Part shown: positions 44,531 to 59,001 of the stretch, one piece after another
Position numbering within the stretch: position 1 is the stretch's first letter
Layout of the letters: each line of letters begins with the position of its first letter
From: Octopus vulgaris
Lineage: Eukaryota
NCBI GenBank assembly: GCA_951406725.2
Contig: OX597823.1
Span: 28,644,001-28,708,000 of the forward strand
DNA length: 64,000 nucleotides
Direction: 5' to 3'
Notes under the pieces: generated by a model
What the model saw: the letters and a program-made list of their open reading frames with translations, nothing else
Told to the model about the DNA's origin: nothing
The model's database searches: none
Made by a program: the position numbers and the translations under genes

Positions 44531-46051
44531 ATATATATATATGTACATATATATGCCAGATATGCCAGCATGGAAAACGGAGGTTAAACGATGATGACGG
44601 AGATGATATTTACACACACACGCACACACACAAAACAGCTTTTCTCCGAATATTATTTTACTGAAAACGGGAACGTATTTCTATTTTATCTACTTTATTA
44701 CATTTTCTGTTATTACTTTCACCTGTCCGCTTTGTTTTTGTCAATAAAATGTTCAAATCCTGCATTTTCGTATCTAGAACTGGAAAACGTTCATCTTCTG
44801 GCTGAAGTCATGCTGGTCTGTGTTGTTGCGACTATATTATAAATATAATAACTGTCATGGCTATAGGACTTAAAGCCAGAATTGTAAAGTTTGTGAATAG
44901 ATGCAAACGCCTCAATCTCGGTGCGTTCTCTTTTCTGCTTGTATTTGTTCTTTGTAAGTATATTTCAACATCTTCCTCTTCTTAGGAATTACTTATTAAA
45001 ACATTTACTTTTGACGAGAAATCTGTTCAGATTCTATACGGTTTTCATTAAGGCCTCTGTAGCTAATTACATTTTATTGTGTGGTATAGTGCTTTGTAAT
45101 CGCTCCTCATATGTGCACAGTGATTTCATGGTAAAATCTCGAACATGCGTGGTTAATATATGAATTGGAATGATGAATTAATAACTGACACTTTTGAAAT
45201 AAAATTTTAATTAATTTTGTCATTCGTAACTTGCAGCTGTACCGTATTATTAATACGAAGGTTTCATTGTTAATGTTTTTGTAGAATATAATTGATGTTA
45301 GATTACACTTTGGTGTAATGCACTTTGTAATATGTTTCGGGAGGTTTTTGATTATGTGTTCATCTATTATGAACTTAGATTACTTTTAATTCATGTAAAG
45401 TATTTTATGTGAAGTTTTATTTATGTTTAACAGATGAAATATCTTATGTATTTTAGACGTCATTTTATTTACTATATATTTGTGAAATAGCAGACGTTGT
45501 CTCACAAGCAGTTGTGCAGGCTAAAGTGTTAGTAAATGTGGTCGAATTGACCTGAAAATTTGCACACCTATGTTAAAAGTGCTGGGAATTTTGCATGGCA
45601 ACTTTGTATTTACTTCATTGAAAGGCCTGGTTCCTAGGGCAAAATTCTTCATCTTTAAAATGTGGCCCAAGTAGACCCGAATGAAATCGGATTATAATAC
45701 TAGTTTATAATAAAACGCAATGTCCTTTACTAACGCTGGGGAAAGAAGAATAGAATAATAGAATAACAGACGGAGAGGCTGACAGTTAGATACGCTGAAG
45801 GCACGCGAACATCCTTCACAGTTTCTGCTCTGGAGACGGTGTTATTTTAATCAAAATAAAACTGGAAATTGTATCTAGTTATTAGTTTCACACAGAAACA
45901 CACACACACAAAAAACATAAGCACACACACATACTCACACACACACACACACAAAAATTTATAATGAAATTGAATATTAAGCACTCTTTGCTTCAAAATA
46001 TTATTTTTCGTATTACTTATATATATGCATATATAGAAAAATATGTAAACG

Positions 46052-46130
<79 letters not shown>

Positions 46131-46388
46131 TATGTGTGTGTGTGTGTGTGTGTGTGTACATATACTTTCATGGCTTTCTTTCGGTTTACTTCATTTTTGC
46201 ATGTCAGCCCTTTCTAATACAAACCTTTATTTCCTTTTCCAGATAAAGAACATACTTTACTGATTTCATCGATGTGAAAAATATAAACAAATATAAACGC
46301 GCATACACTCAGAAATGCATACACACATATGCAAGTGTATGGACATTCATAGTAGCATATAATTATATATGTGTATATATGTACATAT

Positions 46389-46460
<72 letters not shown>

Positions 46461-46877
46461 CAGCAACAATTTAGATTCAAATGAATATGGCACTTAATTT
46501 AGATGCACCAGAATTTTTTTTTATGGCGTTACCCATAAAAATATGCGGGGTGATTATAATAAAAAAATAAGCAACAAGAATGAATCCGGTAATTTAGTAC
46601 AATTGTTTCATACTACAACATTTTATTAAAAGCTGTAAATATTACAGCAGATTTAAGATCCCGAGTAATCTTCAGCTAATTTTATATAGGTTTTCCAATA
46701 ATATAAAGTTATCAAATCAATTAATAACATTTTAGGGAAGGTAAATACACAGATAAAGATGTAAATATGAATCTTAGGAAACAGAGATCGTGTAGTTCAG
46801 ATGCCAACTGACCAAACCTTGTTTACAACTGACTGCGGTAAGAGAATTTCTTTAGTTATAAGGATTGGGGTAAGGGC

Positions 46878-47092
46878 AGGTAAAGAATTCAAGTTAGTTG
46901 AAGAAAAGAGGAGGAAAATTCAGGATATGTAAAAGAAGAACAGGTTGTCACTAGAACTAGTGACAACTTGTTCTTCTTTTACATATTTAATCTAAATAGA
47001 ACTAGTGACATAGAACTAGTGGCAACCTGTTCTTCTTTTACATATCCTGAATTTACCTCCTCTTTTCTTCAACTAACTTGAATTCTTTACCT
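46878..47092. repeat. Nested fold-back inverted repeat
   Basis: ~77-bp arms 46878-46954 and 47016-47092, plus an inner 30-bp hairpin at 46925-46986. Confidence 0.85.
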
Positions 47093-48182
47093 TTACAATA
47101 GAATATATAATATTCTATTGTAACTATATGAGAGACCTTATATATCGGTCTCCATATGAACAACTAGTTGCACCATCATTTTATGTATATAATTTATCTT
47201 GTGGACCACGAAAGGTTGTTTTTCCTATGGCGAAAACTAATAATTTCTTCAGTCTGGAATCTAGTATCATGGCGATTTAGTGTTAGGTGTTGGTATACAG
47301 TTATTAATATGATTTCTATCAAGGGACTTCAGTAAATAGACTAAATCTAAGAGGAAAACTATCACCAATTTGTTAGTTTCTTTCGGTGTCTCTACGATAT
47401 TTTGCATACCTTAGTTGGATATTGTTTGATAATAAATGTTATCTAGTTGCTTTCCAAGCTCTTACGATGATGTATTGAGATAATATATGTTGCAGAGTTG
47501 GTTGTTTGTGTACTGATATCGTTCTTAGATAAAAGTTAGAGAGGATTCCCTTTTAATCGTGAAGACATTATCTGTTCTTATATGTGCGTTTCTCGCCCAA
47601 ACTGTTTTATTAATTTTCAAAATAAATTTTTAAGTCGCTATAAATTTGTTTTTATTGCCGCATAATCATTTTCAATATATCATTTCAATATCATTTCAAT
47701 ATCATTTCAATATATACGTCTTTAATCGTGACAACAAATATATCACATTTTTATTCTTAGATATTTTTCTTTCTCGTTATTTCCTAATATAAATCATGCA
47801 AATTTTGTTTAAGTTTCAAATGAAAAACTTATTAAGATAGGTGTTATGTATTTCTATTTTATTCTTGTCGATGTAATTCATGATGTTTACCAACTATATT
47901 TTTAATAGTTGTATATCTTAGTTCTTTTTTAACAACTGGACAGTAGTCTTTTTTCTCTTTTGCTCATATTTTATTTTTAACTGGAGGTTACTTCCAAGGT
48001 TGAATAAGAAAACTTGCAGTGGTGGTGGAGGTGGGGAGTTGGGGAAATGTTGCAAGTTTCAACGAAATATTTTTCCTGGGTAAGAAGAGCAACATTTTCT
48101 TTGTACAGTTTGCTTTACTTATTTATATTGACCTGTTTAATTTGGTATGAAAGGGATCACTATCTATCTATTTATCTATCTA

Positions 48183-48247
<65 letters not shown>

Positions 48248-48538
48248 ATATCTCTATCTATCTGTCCATCTATATATCTGTGTATAATATATATATATAT
48301 AGGTATCAAGTAAGAGGAGTTTAATACCTCTAAGGGATAATTAAATCCAGAGTCGCTCCTGGCTATTTGCTGGGTATGTACAGCCTTTTTCTAAAATTGT
48401 ACGGTAGCAAGTGGTTCGGTTGGTAAACCAGAGTTTAGGTTATATAAGAAAAGAAAATGGATACAATAACAATATGAAACTCGTGGTATGTCTTTAATTA
48501 AATAGGTAACAAAGAAGGAAGAAGCAGAGATGAGGGTA

Positions 48539-48589
48539 GCATTTACGATCGTTTCGATTTACTGGAGTAAGTAAATCTCTTCAGAATGC
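48539..48589 (-). ncRNA. Canonical minimal type-I hammerhead ribozyme
   Basis: Minus strand: gcatt-CTGAAGA-gatttact[tactcc]agtaaatc-GAAA-cgatcg-TA-aatgc; all core residues and stems intact. Confidence 0.92.
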
Positions 48590-48989
48590 GTATATATAGA
48601 TAGATGCATCTGTTAGGATGCTAAAATAATTGATACATATGCGATAGTAATGTAAACAAAGTGGTAATTTTAACATTGAAATTTTTTCTTACACTGCTTA
48701 ATTCACTGGGTAGAGGTTTCCTCGTGGTAGATTGGTTCGTTTTGTTAGGTAATTAGGGCGATGTGGATATTATTTAGGTGCAGATTACCTCGTTTAATTA
48801 AGCACATTCTCACGTGCGCATTCCGTTGTACAGTTACTGCCACCGGCCATGTACAACTGTATATATATATATGTGCGTGTAGGTATGTACATATATGTAT
48901 GTATATATGCATATATATATTATTTATATCATTATATGATCGAACGCCACGCATCCATTTCCAAATAGATTTTATAGTTATATACATAT

Positions 48990-49025
<36 letters not shown>

Positions 49026-50009
49026 ACAAACACACACACAAACACATACACACATACACACACACACACAATGTTATTCATTTATTGATAATTTATCATC
49101 CTGATAACAAACTGTTGATAATAATCTGGTGTTAAAATGGTTCACCAATTACGTTTTCTATTCCGAAACAGCTAGAATTTATTTGATTGGCACCCATACA
49201 GCTTTGGCTTACAAGCTTTCACTACCGTTCTTTGATTTCACTGAGACGAAAGGCGAACATTTTTCGAATAGACAGTGCTAAGGGTTTGAATAGAAACCAC
49301 GCAATGAGCAAGAAATCAGGAAGTTATTCAAATAAATGTAGGATTCATACGATATCACTTTGCTTAAAGTAGAATTGTATTGTTAGAGAAATAATTTAAA
49401 AGCAAGGTCTTAAATTTTAAAGGAATAGTAAGCGTGGAAATGACGTTGGAACAATAGCTGTATCATTGTAACGAAATGGCTTAACCTAATCTTTTCACGA
49501 GGCAAGCCAACGGTTAATGGACACACTAAAAATCATGCAGGGAAAGGGGAGAAACCAAGTATATAATCACATATACCCGCACATACACACACACACATAT
49601 ATATATCTACGCATCTGTATGTAATTATATATGTGCACCAATCTACATATGCAATGTAGAAATACACAAAATACACAAAAATATTCACATTTACATAGAT
49701 AAATTGCATAAATCTGTGAATACAAATCATCAGCCTTGAGGATGAGATTATAAAACATTTGCTGTAATTTAAATATCTTTTGTCTTGCAGACACTATTAT
49801 GCCGGACCTTGGACAGAGATTAGGGGAGATATGCAAATCATGCGTATGTACGTGTATTACACTCCGAGGGCAATACATATACATGTGTGTGTGTGTGTAT
49901 GTGAATGGGTGTCTTTGTGCGTGAGTGTGTGTATAAAGTATATATGTATATAAATGATACAAATATATATATATATATATATATGCATACATGGATACAT
50001 ACCTATATA

Positions 50010-50059
<50 letters not shown>

Positions 50060-50869
50060 GTTTATGGCTAAACTGGCAACATGACCATTCCTAAATACAA
50101 CAATATATATATATATATCTGTGTGTGTGTGTGTATGTGTATGTACGTATGTATGTATATCCATACAGGTGCTGTACATGTCTCTGTGAGTGTATGCACG
50201 TATGTGCGTGTGTGTGAGTTAGTCTAAAGATTCATTATACGTGGTAAAAAATAACAGAAAGCGTTCAGAACGCATATTATTCATTCTCTAGTGAAAAGAG
50301 AAGAGGAATTGTGTGGAATTCAATTGAGAGCATTTTCAGTTATATTGTATTAAATTAATTGGATTCTAAGTTGTATTACTAATTATGTTTGAGCTTTCTT
50401 ATTAAAGTAGATATATTCAATGTATGTGTGTAAAAATCTCATTTTAAAGAAAAGTATTAATACTCTTTTTTTCGCAATATAAATTAACGTTCATTGTGGG
50501 AAATTAAATTGAACATACACAAACAAGCATATGCACTTATACACGAATACATACAAAAAAAAATTGTGCCTGCACAGAGTACCTGTCGTTTGCAAAAGCG
50601 CATTGCAGGAATTCTGGAGCGGCGAAGGTATGGTCAACGAGTTCAAATGAATAAATGTATTCTACAATTTCGAGTAACCATTCCTTCGTTTCTGAAAACG
50701 CACACACACTCGCGCGCGCGCGGTCATACACACACACACAGACGAACACACACATACGCACACACACAGCATACATACAAACATACAGTCACGAAGAAAG
50801 TGCATCTTTCTTCCTTCATACTCTCTCATACATACATGCTCAAACACATAGACAAACACACAGCACATG

Positions 50870-50903
<34 letters not shown>

Positions 50904-51042
50904 GCAATATGCAACAGTAACACCCCACCACCCTGCCCTGTCCCTAGCCATATTCAGATGGCTTTAGTCCCTTATGTTATATATATATATATATATATGT
51001 ATGTATATATCTATATATATATATATATATATGTAAGTATAT

Positions 51043-51106
<64 letters not shown>

Positions 51107-51329
51107 AGAAATTCCACCAACTCTGTTTTATGTTTTATTTACATTCTTTATAATATTAATGTAGAATATAGAATGTATAGTATAAATGATATATATAGTA
51201 AAATAAAATGAAGTATTGATCGTCTTATTGAATAGATGAAATATTGAATATTGAATATATATGTAGAAGGTTATAAAGGAGCACACGAGTTGATATATAT
51301 GGAAAAGGGGAACACACGAATTGTCCATG

Positions 51330-51419
<90 letters not shown>

Positions 51420-51504
51420 TATATAGATATAGATATACATATATAGAGAGAGATAGACACGTATAGATACTCACTTGCATAAATATATATACGCTCATAA
51501 ATCA

Positions 51505-51964
51505 ATTTCTATAACCGGTGTCTCGAAGGCAATTCTTAGATGTTGTCGAGAAGCAATCAAAGAAAAAAGGCCGGGAATTCTCACCAGAGGAGTCCTTTTC
51601 CATCACGACAATGCTCCAGCACACACATCAGTGGTTCCCATGGCAACAATTCGTGATTGTGGATACGAACTTGTTCCCCATCCGCTTTATTCGGCAGACT
51701 TAGCCCTCTCTGACTTTCATCTATTTCCAAAAATTGAAAAATCCCTGGCTGGTCGCCATTTTGTCAGTGACAATGACGTCACAAACGCTGTAGGATGTTT
51801 CTTGGAGTCTCAAACAAAAGAGTCCTTCTGCGCCGGGATAATGGCGCTTCAGCACCACCGGAGAACGTGTTCAGCCACCGAGAGGGACTATGTTGAAAAA
51901 TAAATCACAAGTATTATACCATGTTTTGTTTTTTTGAGGCTCAAGATTTTTCATACACCCCTCG
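51505..51964 (+). mobile_element. Mariner 3' half with right TIR
   Basis: HHDNAPAHTS..HPLYSADLALSDFHLF..DYVEK*; ends ...CATACACCCCTCG+TA. Confidence 0.9.
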
Positions 51965-52380
51965 TATGATATTTTTCCATTTTCAGTATTTTCAAGGATG
52001 TTTCTTTTCATGTCGTGATGTATGTTTCGGAAATTATTTTCTCTTCCCTGACTTGACTTGACACTCTGTCAGACTATCAGTGGAATATTCTTTAAATCTA
52101 TCTATTTATCTATAGAAGTTGTTTGTGTATGGAAAGTTTGGTAGCCTTCAACTAACACTATCTCCTCCGAGACTCTGCGGCGCAAGCTGTCCAAAATTGA
52201 GAGTATGATAGAAGGCTTGCTCTTCCTTCCGTAGAAGAAAAAAATTCAAATCGGACCATGTTAACACCAAAAACACCCCCTCTTCATTTATGTACACAAA
52301 TGTATATATGCATACACACAAGTGTGTGGGAGGAGAAGCATGGGTGGTTGAGTGCGTTTGTGTTGACTCTCACTCTTTCC

Positions 52381-52417
52381 TTTCCCGGACGAAGAGCCTA
52401 TGCTCGAAACGTCACAT
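52381..52417 (+). ncRNA. Degenerate hammerhead-like motif (relative of 24963)
   Basis: CGGACGA-a-gagc[ctat]gctc-GAAA-cg-TC; stem I lost, U4G. Confidence 0.35.
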
Positions 52418-53528
52418 CCTCTTCTTTTTCCATCTCGAACTTTCTCTTAGCGTCAGTCTAATACATTCATTGTGTGCGTCCTTTTGACCCATGTTGTTTC
52501 TCTAGCTTTTAATTTTGATTCTCTCTCTCTCTGTACATATATATATATATACATGCATTATGATATATGCGTATTAAAATAAATATGAAAGCCCTTTTTG
52601 CGAAAATTCACTATGTAGGACGATAGCACACTAAACATGTTCTTTTGATATTTGCCACGCACAATATTGCCACGCATACTCATAAGCTAAAAAGTTTATA
52701 ACTATCTATCAATTCACACAGATGTATATTATCTGTATTGTGTGTGTGTGTGTGTGTCTTTTCATTTAATTTATTTATGTATTCTTTCTCTATTCTCGAC
52801 TTAATGCATTTATAAAGCTTTTATGAGGAAATCAGTGGTGAAACATCGACAAAAGTAATTATTTTTTTATCATCACCTGAATCACATGATAATAATATTC
52901 ACTTAATAAATCAATTTTCTGTCGCAGTTCAATTAATAGATTTATTGATAAGTTGTTTTGGCCCTATTTCCTGTATATGGATCTTGCGGGATTGCAGTGT
53001 GCGTGATTTTGACAAATAGTTTCTCAGAATACTTTTGGGAATAGTCTTCTGTGTGCGTGAGTGTGTATGAGTGTCGGCGATTGTATGCTTTTATATGCTT
53101 GTGTTCCAGTGAGAAATTATAAATGTGTAACTGTATGTATTTGTTTATACATGGCTTTGATTATGAGAGAGAGAGAGAGAGAGAGTAAGCCTCTCTGTGT
53201 TTGTATTTTATACGTTCGTGTACGTGCGTGAGAAATATTTTGTAGAGCGCATGGGTTTTGTAAAAGATTATACATGAATATGTGATTCCAGTCGATCGTT
53301 ATACGTGTTGATGTGTTCGTGTGTGTTTGCTTGTAATTCTTCAAATGTGTTTATATGAGAATTTATCCATATGCCGCTATGTATACGTTTGCAGTGCTGT
53401 GTGATTGTCTCTTCATTTCATAAACTTGATGTTCAATATTATATGTATTTACCCAAACAGTGTTTACTGTGGACAGTTAATTTCATTCGCAAAATGTGGC
53501 TTTATGTGGCTTTTGTACAAATATTTCA

Positions 53529-53607
<79 letters not shown>

Positions 53608-53764
53608 CATTATTAAGTGAGAGAGTAGCACATACCATCAAAGTGAAGCTGTATTATTGTTCTTATTGAAGATGACGATGACGACGACAACGAGGATGAG
53701 GATAACGACGATGATGGTGATGATTAAAGTAATCGTAGAAATGATAAAGAATATTAGCAATAAT

Positions 53765-53920
53765 AATGAACACAAAAGCCTGGCATGAGAAACTACCAGA
53801 CATCATCAGAAGAAAACAGTTGGCAGCCATAAGAGGAACATTGCATGTGTAGAGGCAAGCTTTGCATTTCGAAACTGTGTGAAGTAGCTGAGACATGACA
53901 TAAATAAGCGAAGCCTTCGA
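53765..53920 (+). mobile_element. R4/Dong-like extreme 3' end
   Basis: IIRRKQLAAIRGTLHV*RQAL, then (TAA)n. Confidence 0.5.
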
Positions 53921-53941
53921 AAATAATAATAATAATAATAA

Positions 53942-53972
<31 letters not shown>

Positions 53973-54470
53973 AACAACAACAACAACAATAAGAAGAACA
54001 ACAATAGTAATAATAATAGGAATAACAACAATAATCATAAAAATAACAATAATAATAATAACAATAATAATAATCACAACAACAATAATAGTAATAACAA
54101 CAACAATAATAATAATAGTAATAACAACAATAATAATAATAACAGCAATGATAATAATAACAATAATACTAATAACAATAATAATCATAATCATAATGAT
54201 AATAACAATAATAACAACAATAATAATATTAACAATAATAATTATAACAACAATAATAATAATAATAATGATGATGATAATAATAATAATAATATTTTAA
54301 TTTTTAAAAAAATGAACGAACTATTGAGTTTGGTTTAATGGCCTACCAATGTATACTATGAGTTTCTTTGCCCTAGGAGTCGGGAAGACACTCGGCAAGA
54401 AATGGAAGCAAATTTGAAAGAAGAAAAAAAAGTAATAATAATAATAATAATAATAATAAAAATAATAATG

Positions 54471-54532
<62 letters not shown>

Positions 54533-55690
54533 CCCAAAAGATTCTACCAAGAACTTGGCAAAGATAAATCAGTGATCAATCCAGCACCAACAGGCTAACC
54601 TACAAAACTACGGACTGATACCTTGTCTCCTTACTATTTACAAAACATTTACTGCAATAATATCAAAGATAAAGGTCAAACACTATGAAAAAAAACAATC
54701 CGTTTTCAGAAAAGCCGAAGGGATGCTGCAAGGGCGTATATGGATGGAAAGAACAATTATTGATCAATAAAGTCATAACTGAAATCAACCGAAAGAAAAA
54801 GAAGGGTCTAGCATGGCTTGGGCAAAACAAGTACCTATTTTCTGTTTTCAAAGAAGAGTTTATAGTACCTGAGAACTATGAAGAAAAAGAAGAAACAACA
54901 AAAGCTGTAAAGCAACTATAAGCTAAATATAAGCTAAAACTAGAACGACCTTGATAAAACGATGGAAAGAAAGGCCCTTGAATGGAAAATCATAGGATAA
55001 ACAAATATGAAGGAAATGAAGTAAAATCTCAACAAGTTTTAGAATCTATGAACTCAAAACATAGACGGAAGGATTCAAATTACGTCTACAAGATTAAAGG
55101 CTCCCCACTAGAAACCACCAAAAGCATACAATGAAGAAAAATGAAGTAATTGTAAAATATGTGGTGATGAGGAAGAAACATTAAATTATATTTCTCAGGT
55201 TATCCAGTCGTGGTTTATAAGGAATATATCCAGACATAAGAGAGGTGGAGCTATATACAAAGGCAGCTGTGCCAGAACTTTGGAATGGCAACAGAAAACG
55301 TGGTATAAGGATATCCCAGAAAAGGTATCCATAATCTGGGATATACCAATTCTCACAGTTAGAGAGATCGAGGCAAATCCGCCAGATATTGTTGTCATGA
55401 ACTACTAAATCAGAAAAATGACTTTTAACTGATATAACATTTCCAACATAAGATAATTTATCCCTGTAAGAAACGGAGAAATTCGCAAAATGCAAAAATC
55501 TGGGAATAGAGATGACCCGTGCGTGGAACAGGAAAACAGGAATAATCCTTATAATAGGTACATTAGCTATGGTAAAAAAAACACAGATGAATACATAACC
55601 AAAAACAACAGGACTACTGCATACATATGTCGTACATAAAATACCACTGCTAGGCACTGAAAAACAACCTACTTAAAGCACATTCAATAC
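54533..55690 (+). mobile_element. R4/Dong-like LINE, internally deleted (RT start and CCHC/RLE)
   Basis: KGCCKGVYGWKEQLLINK; CKICGDEEET; IWDIPI..NPPDIVV; preceded by (TAA)n. Confidence 0.8.
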
Positions 55691-55707
55691 AGTAAAAATA
55701 ACACGTT

Positions 55708-55862
55708 TATGTCCTCGTAAATTAGCGGTTCGGCAAAAGAGACCGTTAGAATAAGTACTAGGCTAACAAAGAAGAAGTCCCGGGGCCGATTTGCTTGACT
55801 AAACGCGATGCTCCAGCATGGCCACAGTCAAATGACTGAAACAAGTAAATGAGTAAAAGAGT
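55708..55862 (+). mobile_element. SINE 3' part, family C
   Basis: TTAGCGGTTCGGCAAAAGAGACCG..CTCCAGCATGGCCACAGTCAAATGACTGAAACAAG. Confidence 0.7.
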
Positions 55863-56054
55863 ATATATTCAATGCACACAGCTCTGCGGCCAGTAGTGCA
55901 GCGAAAGCACGTGACAAAATTAAGATTACTTATTATTATTATTATTATCATTATTTGCATATCAAAGCTTTCATGCAATAGCTCAATAATTAAATAACAT
56001 ATTGATTCGTCTCTAATACCTTCTTCGTTCGAAATAATATGCAGAGCGTTGTTG

Positions 56055-56102
<48 letters not shown>

Positions 56103-56163
56103 TACATACATACATATGCACACATGTATACATGCAAGTGTATGCATATACCACTATACAGAC

Positions 56164-56203
<40 letters not shown>

Positions 56204-56945
56204 TTGTGTGTGTATGTGTGTATATACACACACATACACATGCATGTAAATATTTATGGGCACATTGCTGCAGACGGTCTTTTAGCTTTTAAATCATATA
56301 AAGTGTTTTTGTTATCTATCTTTATCTAATTTTGCTGTTATATATATTATCAATACAACCTTTGCTACTCTATTGTAAATATCTTTTGACATAATGATTT
56401 ACATTTCAGGAAAAGTTTCGTAACCGAAGTATGAGATAATATTTTTCCTCAAAACGGTACAATAGAACCTATCAATTGTATAAGCCGAAAGAACGACGAA
56501 TCACATCGGAATTTCACCATTCATTTCACTATTTGCAATACTCTCAGTGTATTAAAACTACTGTCTCAGTTGAAGAGACCTTATGCTTAGGTATGGAAGG
56601 CCTTTACCTTCTCATTGAGATACAGCCACTCTGTTGTCATTTATTTTCAGCAAAAGCCATATAATTCTATACGGCACCGATCTCTGTTTCCTATATTGCC
56701 ATTCAATGGTGTCTAAAATGTAACAGCATGAGTTTTCTATTGCCAATAGTTGAGTAATTATCTGACATTGATAAATATGCAGCACTAGTGATGTACAAAT
56801 ATAACATTGACGCAATATCTAGATATATACACTACAATAAGGAGATTTTGAACTGTTACGAACATAGTTTTCATGGCAGCATCAAAACTGTTACCAATCG
56901 CTGAATTATTGTTTCAATCAGCGAAAGTTGCTAGATTAGATTCAC

Positions 56946-57117
56946 CACACGGCCATGACGCTCCCCCACTATTTCTGCTTGTGATGAGAGATGCACATAT
57001 CGCCAGTCACTAAGGGACATGGTCAACTGATTAAGGTCAAACAACTGACAAGCAAATTTGTGGTATTGAGCAGAATATTCGCTGTAGCCCATCTTTTATA
57101 CCAAGACAAAACAATGT
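56946..57117 (-). mobile_element. Partial copy of the 555-bp TAA-flanked element
   Basis: Matches 63280-63452. Confidence 0.85.
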
Positions 57118-57145
57118 TGTTGTTGTTGTTGTTGTTGTTGTTCTT

Positions 57146-57176
<31 letters not shown>

Positions 57177-57242
57177 TTCTTATTCTTCTTCTTCTTATTA
57201 TTATTATTATTCTCCTCCTCCTCATCCTTCTTCTTCTTCTTA

Positions 57243-57304
<62 letters not shown>

Positions 57305-57307
<3 letters not shown>

Positions 57308-57548
57308 TACTTTCAATCTGCCCTGCCTGTTCATTACAATCACTTGCCGAAACACACCCGGCGTCCTAGGGTGAGTGAAGGATAAGAGGATGCTACTGAA
57401 AGCTTGGGAAGGGGAAGTGCCAGAGACAGTAGCGAAATATCTTCATGTAATACAACACAGGCATTTAAATTGGTAGGGTTTTCTAAACATGCGTGCAGTA
57501 CTTTTCATCACAATTTCTGAATTTCTTTGAGACGTGGTTCTCCTGAGA
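57305..57548 (-). mobile_element. R4/Dong-like 3' end
   Basis: Homologous to 15380-15610; abuts (TTA)n. Confidence 0.8.
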
Positions 57549-58197
57549 TATATATTTATATATACACATATATACACCATACCGAAAATCAGAGAAACTG
57601 ATGTATATCACATATAAACTTGAATATTAAAACCTATGAAAAACAATCAGCCACTGACTACATATAACTTATGCTCAGTTACATAAATTCTTTTCTTATT
57701 TGAATGCAGCAACGAATGTTGAGATTTAGTATGAGCTTGACTGACGGTGTCTATCGCCAGCAGGATAATTCGAATCGGAATACTGATGTCTTACAAGCCA
57801 TAGATGTCAATAGAAATGAACTCTAGTTTTAACACATCAGTCACTGCAAAACCTTTGACAGGCACAAAATGCTACAGCTACGAAAGCTTTACGTTTGTAT
57901 GCGTGTTATAAATATTATATAATTGTCTTTATTTTAAACCAATATTAATACAAATATGTGTATTGATTTCATTTAAAACCTTGGTGGATCCCACACAAAT
58001 CAGCGAATGTTATATTTTATTGATTTCTATATCGAAACGAAATTTTCACTTAGACCAACCAGTATGACCGCAGGTGAAAGTCATTGTCAACCAGCTGTGA
58101 TTTTAATACATGAGGTCTCTTCAGAGAAGTTTCTCCGAGACAAAGTAGTACAACTAAACTAACAACATATCTGTTCGTTTCTATATACATTATTAAT

Positions 58198-58251
<54 letters not shown>

Positions 58252-58324
58252 ATAGCACCAGGTGGTGCTATTAAGTTAGACATGGCCTGGGCCAATAATG
58301 GCCGAAACCTATCAAAGTATCAGA

Positions 58325-58373
<49 letters not shown>

Positions 58374-58382
58374 TATATATAT

Positions 58383-58768
58383 AAAAATAATAGTTATCGC
58401 CATACTAATATGGCATTCTTATAAAAATAAGAAAAATGCTGTCCGCTTATTAGCTCCATGAGGCCATCGCCTTAGTGGATGTATTCCACCGAAACTAGGT
58501 AAATAAAACCATCGAACAGAGATTGTCGGAAGCGACACCTACTGGCTGGCTACGCTGCATTGAAAAGGGGCAATACCCCGAAACGCGTCTGTAGCTGCCG
58601 GTCAAGTAGTGTGGAGCGACTGACCTCCCTTGTTCGAAGGTTATATGGATACAGTTTGTGTATCAAATAGCTAACTTAAGGCGATGGCCTCATGGAGCTA
58701 ATAAGCGGACAGCATTTTTCTTATTTTTATAAGAATGCCATATTAGTATGGCGATAACTATTATTTTT
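58383..58768. repeat. Perfect 92-bp inverted arms enclosing a ~200-bp hammerhead-bearing core
   Basis: Arms 58383-58474 and 58677-58768; next to (TA)n. Confidence 0.9.
58554..58595 (+). ncRNA. Minimal hammerhead, U3-A8 variant
   Basis: gctgca-TTGAAAA-gggg[caata]cccc-GAAA-cgcg-TC-tgtagc; 6-bp stem I, GUC site, palindromic ACGCGT. Confidence 0.85.
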
Positions 58769-58962
58769 CGGGAACGCTGCCGCTGTTCTCTTTTAGAGAG
58801 ACTTAGTTATTTTAATATTTCTATTATATATATATATATATATATATATATTAATATATATATATATATATATAGACATACATATATTTTTCGTTTTTCC
58901 TGTTTCAGCTCAGAGCTGTGGCCATGCTGATACACCACCGTATATATGTATGTATGTATCTA

Positions 58963-59001
<39 letters not shown>

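Noticed and set aside
46640-46680. Minus-strand CTGAAGA motif (similar case at 58085-58130)
   Set aside because: GAAA and stem II are missing; too degenerate to call.
49825-49845. Octamer ATGCAAAT (also ~5322) as an snRNA promoter
   Set aside because: No snRNA sequence nearby, and the 8-mer is expected by chance in AT-rich DNA.
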